From positions 1-64,000 of the IMG/VR virus record IMGVR_UViG_3300026531_000001: a stretch of DNA of 64,000 nucleotides, one strand, 5' to 3'. The stretch comes from a virus. A program made the translations under genes and the position numbers. The notes beneath the pieces were generated by a model, which saw only the letters and a list, made by a program, of their open reading frames with translations, was not told the DNA's origin and did no database searches. Positions 28,014 through 38,033 of the stretch are shown in pieces; within the stretch, counting starts at the first letter, position 1, and each line of letters begins with the position of its first letter.

Positions 28014-29479
28014 TGGCCGGGCCTAAGCGACCCAAGTGGCTCACCCCTGAGCTCGAGCAGGCCGCCCGGGCGTACCTGGCCGCCCACCCGGGCCACGGGC
28101 CCCAGTACCTGAAGAACCACCTGACCGCCAACGGCCATGAGCTCACCTACTACCGCTCGCGGGAGCTCTACCACTTCGTCACCGCCTACACCCCGGAGGG
28201 CATGCCCGCGCCGGCGGCGCCGAAGCCACCAGCACCCAAGGCGGCGGCCGAGCCGAAGCGCCCCGACGTGCGTTTCGAGGAGACCGCCGCGGGCAACGCG
28301 TCCCTCACCTACAAGGGCGAACGGCCGCTCAGCCTCGAGGACGTGCTGCGGCTGGCCCGGGTAGACACCACCGTGTGGGAAGTCGAGCGCTATGTGGTGA
28401 ATACCTGGGAGATGGGCCGGGCCCACACGAAGAAATCGCTCGAGTGGGACGACAGCCGCATGAGCGGCATGATCGAGGACGAAGGCGAGATCAAGAAGGC
28501 CCCCCTGTGGCAAATCAAGGTCTGGCTCCGGCGCAAGAAGGACGTGGACCTCAAGACCGTCTTCGAGGGGCTGATTGAGGACCTGGCCTCACGCGCTACG
28601 CCCCGGCCCACGGGAACGCCAGTACGCGTCAAGCGGCTCGAGCGCGACACCGGCTACCTGGCCGAGATCAGCGTCTACGACCTGCACGTCGGGAAGCTGG
28701 CCGCCATCGAGGAGACCGGCAACGCCTACGACACCAAGCGCGCCCTGCGCGTCTGGCAGGAGGCGGTGGCCTACCTGCTCGAGCAGGTGGCCCTCTACCC
28801 GCTCGAGCGGATCGTCATCCCCCTGGGGAACGACCTGTTCCATGTGGACACCCTCGACAACACCACCACCAAGGGCACGCGCGTGGACGTGGACACCCGC
28901 TGGCAGACCGCGTTCCGGCGAGCCGTAGCCCTTCTGACCGGCGACCTGATAGACCGCGCCCGGGCCATCGCCCCGGTGCAGATCATCATGGTGCCCGGCA
29001 ACCACGACCACCAGCGGACGTACTACCTCGGAGAGGTGCTGCGCGCCTACTACGCCGCGACCCCCGACGTGGAGGTAGACAACGACCCCACGACGCGCAA
29101 GTACCTGCGCTGGGGGCAGGTCATGATCGGCTACACCCACGGCAATGAGGAGAAGCACGCCGACCTGCCGCTGATCATGGCCAACGAGCGCCCCGAGGAC
29201 TGGGCCGGAACCCGCTACCGCGAGTGGCACGTCGGGCACCTGCACCGCAAGAGCGAGCGGGCTTTCCAGCCCCTCGCCGAGAACGGCGGGGTGCGGGTGC
29301 GGGTCCTGCCCTCCCTCTCGGGCACGGACGCCTGGCACCACCGGAAAGGCTTCGTGGCCAACCTGCGCAGCGCCGAGGCCCACGTATTCCACCGGGAGCG
29401 TGGCTACACCGCCATGTTCCCCTACTTCGCCGACCCCGCCCTGTACGGCGGGCTCGAGCACGAGGAGGAAACCGCATGA
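28013..29479 (+). CDS. Calcineurin-like metallophosphoesterase
   Basis: DLHVG, GND, PGNHD, THG and GHLH motifs. Confidence 0.85.
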   Translation: MAGPKRPKWLTPELEQAARAYLAAHPGHGPQYLKNHLTANGHELTYYRSRELYHFVTAYTPEGMPAPAAPKPPAPKAAAEPKRPDVRFEETAAGNASLTYKGERPLSLEDVLRLARVDTTVWEVERYVVNTWEMGRAHTKKSLEWDDSRMSGMIEDEGEIKKAPLWQIKVWLRRKKDVDLKTVFEGLIEDLASRATPRPTGTPVRVKRLERDTGYLAEISVYDLHVGKLAAIEETGNAYDTKRALRVWQEAVAYLLEQVALYPLERIVIPLGNDLFHVDTLDNTTTKGTRVDVDTRWQTAFRRAVALLTGDLIDRARAIAPVQIIMVPGNHDHQRTYYLGEVLRAYYAATPDVEVDNDPTTRKYLRWGQVMIGYTHGNEEKHADLPLIMANERPEDWAGTRYREWHVGHLHRKSERAFQPLAENGGVRVRVLPSLSGTDAWHHRKGFVANLRSAEAHVFHRERGYTAMFPYFADPALYGGLEHEEETA

Positions 29480-29832
29480 GGAAGTTCTACCGCCGCCTGC
29501 GCGCCAAGCTGGGCCTCTACCCCGAGGCCTACGTCGCGCGCGAGCTCGACCGGCGCGCGCAGGTCTACATGAGCGTGCGCAGCGCCTTTCTCAAGGGCCT
29601 CAGCGACCCCAACAAGTCCAGCGAGGAGCACGCGCACGTCGCAGCGGTCCTCTACCGCGCTGCCGCCAGCTTCGACGAGCTGGTGGCCGAAGAGCTCGAG
29701 CTGGTGCAGGCCCTGGCACCGAACCTGATCGGCCTCACGGCCGGCATGGGCACCGCCCCGGCGTTGATCGTCACCGGTAACCCGGCGGCGCAGGCGTACG
29801 CGCCGCCCGCGCGCTCGGGGGTGGAAGCGTGA
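29476..29832 (+). CDS. Hypothetical protein
   Basis: GAGGAGG RBS; ATGA/GTGA coupling. Confidence 0.55.
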   Translation: MRKFYRRLRAKLGLYPEAYVARELDRRAQVYMSVRSAFLKGLSDPNKSSEEHAHVAAVLYRAAASFDELVAEELELVQALAPNLIGLTAGMGTAPALIVTGNPAAQAYAPPARSGVEA

Positions 29833-30473
29833 TCGCCCTCGACCTCGACGGCGTGGTCGCCCTGCTCACCCCTGTGGTGCTGCGGCGCTTGGCAGAACAA
29901 GTGGGCCTCGACCTCGACCAGGTGCGCTACTGGGACCCCGCGCATTACGACGACCTGCTCGCCGAGCTGCCGGAGCCTTACCGCACTGAGGAGGTGGAGC
30001 GCATGGTCTCGGAGCTCTACTGGGACCCTGAGACCTACCGGCAGGCCATGCCCATCCCCGGTGCGCTCGAGGCCGCCCAGTGGCTCGCCCGACGCAAGCT
30101 GCTCACCGCCTACATCACCCGACGCAAGTCCCACACCGAGGCCGTGACCAAAGCGTGGCTGCAAGAGCGCGGCTTTCCCCTGCGACCAGTGCACCACGTG
30201 GAGCGCCCGGCAACCAAGGCCGACGTAGCGGAGCGGATCGGGGCCCGGGTACTCGTGGACGACAGCCCCCGGGAAGCGCTCGAGTTCGCCGAGGCCGGCC
30301 TAGTGCCCATCTTGCTGGCGCACCGCTACAACCGGCACGTGGACGACCCGCGCGTCATGCGCGCGGAGGGCTGGCCGGCGCTGCTCGGGCTCTTGAAGGC
30401 CCTGCCCTTGGACTACCGCGAGCGGCGCGACCCGCTCGGGTACGGGAACAAGCGTGGGAGGAGAAACGGATGA
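29829..30473 (+). CDS. HAD-family 5'(3')-nucleotidase
   Basis: IALDLDGV, PIPGA, ITRR and LVDDSP motifs. Confidence 0.85.
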   Translation: MIALDLDGVVALLTPVVLRRLAEQVGLDLDQVRYWDPAHYDDLLAELPEPYRTEEVERMVSELYWDPETYRQAMPIPGALEAAQWLARRKLLTAYITRRKSHTEAVTKAWLQERGFPLRPVHHVERPATKADVAERIGARVLVDDSPREALEFAEAGLVPILLAHRYNRHVDDPRVMRAEGWPALLGLLKALPLDYRERRDPLGYGNKRGRRNG

Positions 30474-31282
30474 AGCAAGAAAGACTGATCGGCATCTCTG
30501 GCAAGGCTCGAGCGGGCAAGGACAGCTTCTACCGGCTGGTGCTCGCCCCCCGGGGCTACACCCGCATCGCCCTGGCCGACCCCCTGAAGGGGCTGGCGCT
30601 GGCGCTCGAGGCCCTGACCGTCCCCATGACCACCCCGGGGCTCATGGAACAGGTGGCCCGGTACACCACGGAGCTCGCTGAGCGCGAGAAGCGCACGCCG
30701 GAGCCCCAGGAGATCGTGGGCATCTACCTGAAGCCGGTGCTCTCGATGGTGGCCGAGCGCTACTATGCCTACTACGGCGCCCGGAAGGGACCGCGGGAGC
30801 GCCACCTGCTGCAGCACCTGGGTACCGAGATTGGCCGCAACCTGGACCCCGGGCTCTGGCTGATCCCGGCGCTCACCGAAGCCCGCCGCGTCCTGGCCGC
30901 CGGCGGCCGCGTGGCCATCACCGACGTGCGCTTTCCCAACGAGGCGTACGCCGTGCAGGGGAACGTCGAGGCTATGCGCCACTTCTATGAGGCCCACGAA
31001 GCCCTCGAGGGGCATGTGCTCGAGCCGGTGAAGCACGCCCTGACCCACACCTGGGACGAAGAGGGCGGCCTGCTGCCGCCCCCGGGCCTCGGGGCGGTGG
31101 TGCGGGTGGAACGCCCGGACGCCCCCGAGGTTCTGGACCCCGAGGCGCGGCAGCACGCCAGCGAGCGCATGGTGGACGCCATCGAGCCCGACTGGATCCT
31201 CACCGCCAACACGCTCGCCGAGCTCAAAGCGCGCGGCGATGAACTCTTCGGAGACGCCGCAGGCTACCTAGCCGACGCCTAG
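30470..31282 (+). CDS. Deoxynucleoside monophosphate kinase
   Basis: GISGKARAGKD, LADPLK, R.LLQ.LGTE.GR, ITDVRFPNE and H.SE motifs. Confidence 0.88.
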   Translation: MKQERLIGISGKARAGKDSFYRLVLAPRGYTRIALADPLKGLALALEALTVPMTTPGLMEQVARYTTELAEREKRTPEPQEIVGIYLKPVLSMVAERYYAYYGARKGPRERHLLQHLGTEIGRNLDPGLWLIPALTEARRVLAAGGRVAITDVRFPNEAYAVQGNVEAMRHFYEAHEALEGHVLEPVKHALTHTWDEEGGLLPPPGLGAVVRVERPDAPEVLDPEARQHASERMVDAIEPDWILTANTLAELKARGDELFGDAAGYLADA

Positions 31283-31295
31283 CCTTCGTCTCATT

Positions 31296-31340
31296 AGACG
31301 GCCAAGCAACACGTCTTGCATGCTTGGCCGTCTCTCTTTT
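31296..31340 (+). terminator. Terminator between convergent operons
   Basis: AGACGGCCAAGCA...TGCTTGGCCGTCT followed by CTCTTTT. Confidence 0.75.
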
Positions 31341-31396
31341 GCCCCCGCCCCCCCGACCTTACACGCCGAGGCCCTGCGGTTGTAAGGCTCGAGCCC

Positions 31397-33418
31397 CTAC
31401 CGGCGCCGCCACAGCGGGCAGTGGGGCTGATCCTCACCCACTGAAAGATTGATCACGATGTTCTGAGGGTGCGTGCACTTGCCACGGCCACCGGAGAGGG
31501 CGGAGTAATAGCGACATTCCCCGCAGGTGCGGCTGAGCGCCCGTTTGCGCTCGAGCTCGAGGTCGGCAGGTCTGACCCCCCCAGGAACCACGGCATCGAG
31601 CTGGCGAGGCGGCTCAGGCGAGCTCTCAGGCCCCATGTGAATGCCCGTGCCACCCATGCGCCGGGCCAAACCCGCAAGGGCGTAGAGGTGGGCGTGGGCG
31701 AAGTGGGGGTCGAGGGCTAGGTGGCGGTAGATTTGCCGGACCTCACCAGAGTGTACCCGCTCCCCCGTGGGCAGCGTACGGTAAACCGGGATAGTAGCTC
31801 GAGCGATGTTCTCGAGGTGGGTCACGTACTCCTTGGCCACCGGCCATTTTTGGAGCACGCCGCCGATCCGCCGCGGCTGGGTCTTCTCATAGAAGTCCAC
31901 CGGGATACGGATGCGGCGCCGCTGGAACTGGATCAGCGCCCAATCGAGGGCCTTGTAGCGGTCCAGGAGCACCCGGTACTCATACTTAACCTCACCGGTG
32001 GACTTCTGGATGTCCGACCGGCGCCGCTCGTCCTTCCAGGTGATGGCGTGGGGAGAGTCAGCATAGTCTGCTAGCCAAACTACGCCCCGGGGCAGGCGAC
32101 GGGCTAGGTCTACGGCCAGGTCATAAGACGGCTCGCCGTCTATTACCACGATCTTCGCGTGCCAACGCCGCGCTAGGAGTTCGAGCGCCCGGGCCGCCTC
32201 GGAGCCCGACGCCTCGATGACCTCGAGGTGCACCAGGTCGAAGGTGTTCCCGGGACCTAGCTTGTAGACCACGGCGTGCTTTTCCGGGGCGCGCTGGTCT
32301 ATCCCAACGGCCACCCATTCACCCTTGAGGTCTTCTGGGTCGGGCCAGTGGTACTGAGGGTCCATGCATGCCTCAACGGTTTCTCGCGGTGCCGGCACTG
32401 CATCAGGGTCGCGGTAGGGCAACCCCAGGCGCGAGTTATAGAACTCGGGCAGGTTGTCTCCACGCTCCCACGCCTCCCACAGCTCTGGCAGGTACTTGTT
32501 CCCACGTAGGATTTGCGAAAACTGGTAGCCCTCCCATTCGGCACCGGGGTTTTCGGGAACGTAGAAGCCGTGCTTGAGTAGCACGTCGTCGGTGATCTCG
32601 GTCTTGCACTCGGGGCACTGGTAGTGGAGCCTCGAGCCGTCCCGTCCCACTACGTCCGGCCAGCGCAGGGGCATGATGATCCCCTCGCGGTGCAGCTTGC
32701 AGGCCGGGTTCGGGCAGGGGGTGCGCCAGTAGTTCATCGTGGACCGCTGGAACCAGCGGTCTATGTCCATGCCGGGGAAGCCGGCCGTACTGTTCAGCTC
32801 GATCAGGCCCTTGCGCCCCTCCCACTCGAACCTCGAGGCCGAAACGCGCACGAAGGTGCGCTCGATGGTGGCTAGGTCCATGAGGCGCACCTCATCGAAG
32901 AGCAAGGCGTCCGCCGGGAAGGAGTCCACGCCGATCCCGGAGCGCATGCCGCGGAACCGCATCGTGGACACGCCAACGCGCACCAACCCCACAGCGTCCA
33001 CGTCCCCGATCAGCTTCATCATCTTGCTCGAGGACTGCATCATCGGCCGGAAGCGGGACTTGTGCAGATCCAGCACGGCCTCGAGCGTCGGGAACATGAG
33101 GGCGACGTTGAAGCGCACATTCGAGTCTGCCGTCAACCAGCCGGCGCGGTACAGCAGCTTGACCGTGAGGCCCATCTGGGCCGCTTTCATGATCACGAGC
33201 CGGGAATACGGCTTGTCCCGGCGCTCAGCATAGAGATCCCTCAAGTAGGGCCGCCCCTCGAGCGAAAAACGCGGTCCACCAACGCCTTCGGGCCGGATGC
33301 CGGAGGCGTTGGCGAAACCAACCAACGTTTCCAGCTCGGATGCGCTGAAAACGGGCGGCGGCCGGAACATGACCTCAGCCGCAGCGCGTGCAAACTCAGG
33401 CTCGAGCGCCACGCTCAC
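31397..33418 (-). CDS. Terminase large subunit (GpA-like)
   Basis: KAAQMGLT Walker A, LLFDE Walker B, CxxC motifs, GID nuclease and DPHFAHA. Confidence 0.85.
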   Translation of the reverse strand: MSVALEPEFARAAAEVMFRPPPVFSASELETLVGFANASGIRPEGVGGPRFSLEGRPYLRDLYAERRDKPYSRLVIMKAAQMGLTVKLLYRAGWLTADSNVRFNVALMFPTLEAVLDLHKSRFRPMMQSSSKMMKLIGDVDAVGLVRVGVSTMRFRGMRSGIGVDSFPADALLFDEVRLMDLATIERTFVRVSASRFEWEGRKGLIELNSTAGFPGMDIDRWFQRSTMNYWRTPCPNPACKLHREGIIMPLRWPDVVGRDGSRLHYQCPECKTEITDDVLLKHGFYVPENPGAEWEGYQFSQILRGNKYLPELWEAWERGDNLPEFYNSRLGLPYRDPDAVPAPRETVEACMDPQYHWPDPEDLKGEWVAVGIDQRAPEKHAVVYKLGPGNTFDLVHLEVIEASGSEAARALELLARRWHAKIVVIDGEPSYDLAVDLARRLPRGVVWLADYADSPHAITWKDERRRSDIQKSTGEVKYEYRVLLDRYKALDWALIQFQRRRIRIPVDFYEKTQPRRIGGVLQKWPVAKEYVTHLENIARATIPVYRTLPTGERVHSGEVRQIYRHLALDPHFAHAHLYALAGLARRMGGTGIHMGPESSPEPPRQLDAVVPGGVRPADLELERKRALSRTCGECRYYSALSGGRGKCTHPQNIVINLSVGEDQPHCPLWRRR

Positions 33419-33920
33419 GCAACCACCCCCATACGGCCAGGCCGAGCGCGTCTATGACGTGGGGCCAGTCACGACGTGCCAGATCCTGGAAAGCAGCCGC
33501 CGGCCAACCCTCGAGCTCGAGCGCCAGCCGGTTGGCGATGGCTTGGTCATCTTTGCGCACCTTGGGCACGCCGTAGGCGTCCCGGCGGATCATGGCAGCC
33601 CCTGAGCGCATGGCGGGTTTCCAGCGGGAGGCGTAGGTCTCGACCAAGGGCACATTGTAGACCGCAGCCAGGGCCTGGACGTTGCCGAGCACCTGATTGG
33701 CATAGGCGCCGTGGATGTTCGGGCGGCGACCCTGATTTTCCCAGCCCTCGAGCACGACCAGGGTCGGGCGATAATCCCGAAACACTTCATGCAGTCGCTC
33801 AAGTGCCTCACCCCGGGGCACGGCCCCGAGCGCCAGAACCTCACGTCCATGCAGGACGGCATAGCCAGTGGTACCCCCAGGGTCTACGGCGAGAATGCGG
33901 GGAGATCGTCGTCTACTCAC
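33396..33920 (-). CDS. RuvC-like Holliday junction resolvase
   Basis: ILAVDPGGTTGYA, VVLE, WK and H..DALGLA motifs. Confidence 0.8.
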   Translation of the reverse strand: MSRRRSPRILAVDPGGTTGYAVLHGREVLALGAVPRGEALERLHEVFRDYRPTLVVLEGWENQGRRPNIHGAYANQVLGNVQALAAVYNVPLVETYASRWKPAMRSGAAMIRRDAYGVPKVRKDDQAIANRLALELEGWPAAAFQDLARRDWPHVIDALGLAVWGWLRERGARA

Positions 33921-33968
33921 GTCTCCCCTAGCGTACGGACGGGGGCCGTCAGGGACGGCCCCAGCCGG

Positions 33969-34193
33969 TTATTGAAGCAACCCCTGTATGAGCTCGATTA
34001 TGTAGTGGCAGACGCTCGGGTGCCGCACACACCAGCGCAATATGGTCTCAAGCAGCCGCTTGGCTCGAGCGCCGGCCTTGGAAGGCTCCCGTTTTGGGTG
34101 CCGGGGCCTTGGTCGGGTTTGATACTTCGGTTTGCGTGCCTTTTGCCTTGTTCCGCGTCCTCCTTTACTTTGGCTTTTATACATTTTGTTCAA
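33969..34193 (-). CDS. Small basic protein (uncertain)
   Basis: Lys/Arg-rich ORF followed by a GC hairpin at about 33942-33962. Confidence 0.35.
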   Translation of the reverse strand: MNKMYKSQSKGGRGTRQKARKPKYQTRPRPRHPKREPSKAGARAKRLLETILRWCVRHPSVCHYIIELIQGLLQ

Positions 34194-34344
34194 CCATCTA
34201 TAATCTTAGCGTACCCAGATGAACAATTCTGCGAAGGTCGCTAGCATAAGCTGTTAAAAATCCCGGTAAGCGTCATTAACGGGATTTTCCAGCGCAAGAG
34301 AAGCCGCCCCCGAAGGGGCGGCGATCCGCAGGTGGTGAGTCGGG

Positions 34345-35025
34345 TCAGGCGGACGCGAAGCGGGCCTCGTACTCGCGTCGGTGCTCGCCCGTGAGCGCGT
34401 CGGGGTCCTCATCGCCGACCATTTCCAGCGCCTCCAGCAGCTCGGCCTCAAGGTCGCCGTCCAGGAGGTAGCCGTCGCTCGTGGCGTCGGCCTCGAGGGA
34501 CGCGACCGCCTCATCGAGCGGAACGTCCGGGCTCCAGAGGCTGCTCAGCCCGTCGAGGGAGCGTGTGTGCGCGTCCCACAGCCAGCGGCCCGCGTCCGCG
34601 ATCTTGACGAGGCAACTGTCGCACTCGTTGTACTCGCGCTCAAGCAGCGCCTCGAGCTCCTCACTGGCGGCCTCGGCGTCGTCGCTCAGGCGGCCCACGC
34701 GGTTGCTGCCGTCCCACTCGGAGCTCAGGCCGGCGTAGACCCGCTCGAGCAGGGACGCCACCCGATCGTCGTTAGCGAGCGCACGCAGGGCCTCGCGCGT
34801 GAGGCGCGGGTTGAGGGACCAAAGGAGGTCCCGGCCGTGCCAGACCGGCTCCGGCGTGCCGTCCGAGTAGTTAACCCAGAACCCGACCTCGCCGTCCTCG
34901 TTGAGGCGCAGGTAGGCCGGCCGCGGGTGAAGGTCGTTACCGACCCGGTCGTACAGGGGCGCGAGACCGTCACCGAGGGCATCGAGGGCCTTGTTCAACG
35001 CGTTTTTCATCGCTTCTTTCTTCAT
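34345..35025 (-). CDS. Acidic hypothetical protein with its own sigma70 promoter and terminator
   Basis: TTGACA-18-TACAAT, GGGAGG RBS, hairpin GCCGCCCC-cgaa-GGGGCGGC downstream; start reassigned. Confidence 0.7.
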   Translation of the reverse strand: MKKEAMKNALNKALDALGDGLAPLYDRVGNDLHPRPAYLRLNEDGEVGFWVNYSDGTPEPVWHGRDLLWSLNPRLTREALRALANDDRVASLLERVYAGLSSEWDGSNRVGRLSDDAEAASEELEALLEREYNECDSCLVKIADAGRWLWDAHTRSLDGLSSLWSPDVPLDEAVASLEADATSDGYLLDGDLEAELLEALEMVGDEDPDALTGEHRREYEARFASA

Positions 35026-35127
35026 CGTCAACCTCCCTACGTCTGTATTGTAGTACGGTACGCGTACCCGTGTCAATACTTGCGCACGGTACGCGCCCCG
35101 TGATACGGTGAGGGCGGAGGTGCGATC

Positions 35128-35589
35128 ATGCCGATGGAAAACGCCCTGAGAGTCAACACGTCGTTGAGCCCGGAGGTGCGCCCCGGGGCAGACCTGATCC
35201 AGCGCGCCCGCGAGCTCTCCCCTACCGAGGTCGCCCGCCGCGACCTGGCCCGCTACTACGCGATGCTCGAGCGGGCCCGGCGGTCGTTGCGCGGTCGGTT
35301 TTCGGCCCGCGAGCTCGAGGCCCTGGCCCATGCACTCGACTCGATGGCCGGCGTCGAGGCCCCCGAGCTCATCTACCTGGTGCCGGCGACGGTCGAGGAG
35401 GCAGTCGGCGAGGAGCGCCTGTGCGAGCAGGCCGGCCTCGAGGACTGCGGCGGCTTTCTCGAGCGCGTGCGGGGCCTCGACCTGGCCGAGCGGTACGCGC
35501 TGGTGGATGCGGTTGGGGTGTACCTGAGCCTCAAGCCAAGCGAGCGCAGCGCCGACACCTGGGGCGAGCTGGGGCTGCTCTCGAGCTAG
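35128..35589 (+). CDS. Putative regulator (ARRDL.RYY family), paralogue of 45225-45668
   Basis: ARRDLARYYAMLERARRSLRGRFS...ALVDA. Confidence 0.6.
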   Translation: MPMENALRVNTSLSPEVRPGADLIQRARELSPTEVARRDLARYYAMLERARRSLRGRFSARELEALAHALDSMAGVEAPELIYLVPATVEEAVGEERLCEQAGLEDCGGFLERVRGLDLAERYALVDAVGVYLSLKPSERSADTWGELGLLSS

Positions 35590-36329
35590 TCGGTGCCCTC
35601 CGTCCGTTCAGGGAGCTGCAGGCGCTTCGGCGCCAGCAGCTCCCTTCGCAGACGGTCCTCAAAGACGTTTAACGTTTCTTCGTCTGTCAAATCCCACACG
35701 ATGTCCCGCACGCCCTGGGCGAGCTTGACGAACTGCTCGAGGGCGCGGGTCTCAGCCAGCTTCGCGCGGGTCTCGGCGCGCTGCTTTACCGCGTTGATCA
35801 CCTTGATCGCGCCCTCGACCAAGCGGTCGGTCCAGGCGGCGAGCTCGGTAGCAAGCCGCAGCGCTGCGCGGATGTCCTGCCCGATCTCGCGGGCGGTGCT
35901 GGGGTCCTCATACATGCGGGCGTTCTCGGCGGCTTGGGCTAAGGCCTCAGTGAGCTTGTCGAACTTTTCGGCCCTCTCCTTCTGGGTATCCGCTAGGTCC
36001 AGCAGCCACTCGAGGGTGGCCTTGAGCGTAGCTAGGGCGGTGTCGGTCTCGTCGAGCTTTTCTGTGGCGCGCAGGAGCTCGTCACGCAGCTCGCGGATTG
36101 AGGTCATGCCCTTCTTGGTATAGAGACCGTGCACCGGTGGGCGGCCCGGGGGCTTCTTCTTGCCTTCGCGCTCGCGCTTCGCCGAGCCCGCGCCGTGCTT
36201 CCAGCACACGTCATAGCCCTTACGCGCCGGATTTGAGCAGCGTTTCCCAGATTTGAGGATCGCTTTACAGCGTCGAGCGCGGCCGCCATTGGGCAGCTCG
36301 ATGTAGTCCTCGGAACGGTCGCCCATCAT
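35586..36329 (-). CDS. Terminase small subunit-like protein
   Basis: C.A..KSG.RC.NP....C.KHG motif, HGLY, helical oligomerisation region. Confidence 0.65.
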   Translation of the reverse strand: MMGDRSEDYIELPNGGRARRCKAILKSGKRCSNPARKGYDVCWKHGAGSAKREREGKKKPPGRPPVHGLYTKKGMTSIRELRDELLRATEKLDETDTALATLKATLEWLLDLADTQKERAEKFDKLTEALAQAAENARMYEDPSTAREIGQDIRAALRLATELAAWTDRLVEGAIKVINAVKQRAETRAKLAETRALEQFVKLAQGVRDIVWDLTDEETLNVFEDRLRRELLAPKRLQLPERTEGTD

Positions 36330-36399
36330 GACCTACCGTATGCCGCGATACCGTAGGAGTTTTTGCCAAGTTGAGCGGTACATGGGATGTGGTTCAAAT

Positions 36400-36433
36400 G
36401 GTAGACCCTACGGCTGGAACCGTAGGGTCTACC
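36400..36433 (-). terminator. 14-bp inverted repeat after dnaN
   Basis: GGTAGACCCTACGG-ctggaa-CCGTAGGGTCTACC. Confidence 0.65.
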
Positions 36434-36458
36434 GCGATTAGCGGTTGTCGAACCGCGG

Positions 36459-37532
36459 TTAAACGCGGAGCGGTACCACAATAGCCCAGGAAGTTTGCCC
36501 CTTTACCAGCGAGGGCGTTGCGGCGCCGCTGAGCTGAATGGTTACCACGTCGTTCTCCTCGGTTTCCAAATGCTGCAGGGCCTCGAGCATGTAATGCAGG
36601 TTGTAAATGGCAGTGATGGGCTCGCCGTGGGACTCCTCGAGCAGCACCTGATCCTGAGCCCGACCATAGTCGCCTTCGGCCGTGATGCGAACCGCCCGCG
36701 AGTCGAACTCGAGGTCAACCCGCGCGGTCTGACGATCCACCAGCGGCGTCATGCGCTTGAGCGCCGCGATCAGGTCGCTCCGAACCACCTCGTAGTAGTT
36801 CGGATAGTCGGCGGGCACCACGCGCTCATATTCGGGGAACTGGCCCTCCATGAGCGCGGCGACAAAACGCACACCATCCCAGGTCAGGTGCATATGCCCG
36901 CGCCCGAATGCCACCTCAATCAGCTCATCACCATCGGGCAAGAGCTTGGCCATGAGGTCCAACGCCTTTCGCGGGACCACCCATGCTTGCTCTCGCTCGC
37001 CGTCTCGGTCAGGGGTGTCGTAAACCGCCAGCCGGAACCCGTCGGACGCTACCGCGCGCAGCCCTGTTTCGTACTTCTCGAACTGGACACCGCGGAAAAT
37101 GGCGCGGTAATCCTCGCTGCTCGCGGCATAGCGCACGGCCAAGGCCGCCCGCAGTTGGCTGGCCATTGTCTTGAAGCGCGCGTCTTCCTTGTCGGGATCG
37201 AGGGCTGCCGGAAAATCCGCAGGATCCGCTGTGTGGAACTGAGCGCGCGCAGAACCGCTACGCACCGCCAGCACATGCTGCTCAGCATCGAACTCGATAT
37301 GCGGATCAGCCAAGCCAGAAATGAAGCGGTGGAAGCCCTCAACAGGCACTAGCCGGGGCTCTGGCATATCTAGCTCCGACTCGAGCCTGATAGTCAGATC
37401 CACCTCACCATTTGATGCGCGCCCTACCAGCTCCCCATCCCTTCCGCCCAGCCAGATGTGCGTCAAGACCGGGTTTGCGGAACGCGATGGGGCAATGCCC
37501 GCCAGATGTCCTATCGCCTCTTTCAGTTTCAT
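36459..37532 (-). CDS. dnaN: DNA polymerase III beta sliding clamp
   Basis: PVLT, DFP, VASDGFRLA, LMEGQFPEYERVVP and C-terminal VVPLRV. Confidence 0.92.
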   Translation of the reverse strand: MKLKEAIGHLAGIAPSRSANPVLTHIWLGGRDGELVGRASNGEVDLTIRLESELDMPEPRLVPVEGFHRFISGLADPHIEFDAEQHVLAVRSGSARAQFHTADPADFPAALDPDKEDARFKTMASQLRAALAVRYAASSEDYRAIFRGVQFEKYETGLRAVASDGFRLAVYDTPDRDGEREQAWVVPRKALDLMAKLLPDGDELIEVAFGRGHMHLTWDGVRFVAALMEGQFPEYERVVPADYPNYYEVVRSDLIAALKRMTPLVDRQTARVDLEFDSRAVRITAEGDYGRAQDQVLLEESHGEPITAIYNLHYMLEALQHLETEENDVVTIQLSGAATPSLVKGQTSWAIVVPLRV

Positions 37533-37774
37533 CTTTCCCCCCTGTAGACATACCGTTTGAACCCTGCTATTTCGTTCGCTGGCCGGAGCCTGTCACCATC
37601 GGCAACGATCCCGATACCGTGACTGCCCTCGAACTGCCACACCACCACCGGGCGGATTGTGCCGTTCTCATATACGGCGCGCCACCCGGATGCGGGAATG
37701 CGCTGAATGAACGCAGCCATTTCCGCAGGAGGCCCCGAAAGGCCTGGCGTCTTTGCCATTTCTGGCGTCTTCAT
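37529..37774 (-). CDS. Hypothetical protein
   Basis: Coupled ORF; IPASGWRAVY. Confidence 0.55.
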   Translation of the reverse strand: MKTPEMAKTPGLSGPPAEMAAFIQRIPASGWRAVYENGTIRPVVVWQFEGSHGIGIVADGDRLRPANEIAGFKRYVYRGER

Positions 37775-37974
37775 ACGGCACCCCCTCTGTGTTCATGCAT
37801 GAGCGAAACCGCCAGCACCCCCACGAACGCCAAGAGCACGAGTGGACCGAGTACGGCATACACGATCCACCACCCCCAATGCACCCGGCTCTCGAACGTC
37901 AGCTTGACCAGCGCCAAGGAGACCACGCCGGTGAGCGCCCACGCGGCTCCGTAGATGAGGTTTAGGTCGTGCAT
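37771..37974 (-). CDS. Small membrane protein
   Basis: Two TM segments; leaderless TAGACT-6nt-ATG. Confidence 0.6.
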   Translation of the reverse strand: MHDLNLIYGAAWALTGVVSLALVKLTFESRVHWGWWIVYAVLGPLVLLAFVGVLAVSLMHEHRGGAV

Positions 37975-38033
37975 GTGTCTAGTCTATCGGACACGTGAAA
38001 CAGCAGTCAAGCTGCGTGGCTTGTCTGTCTGTC
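37975..38033 (-). promoter_or_regulatory. Early promoter/operator, near-duplicate of 51592-51650
   Basis: GACAGAC box, TTGACT-18-TAGACT, GTGTCCGATA..CT.GACAC. Confidence 0.7.
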
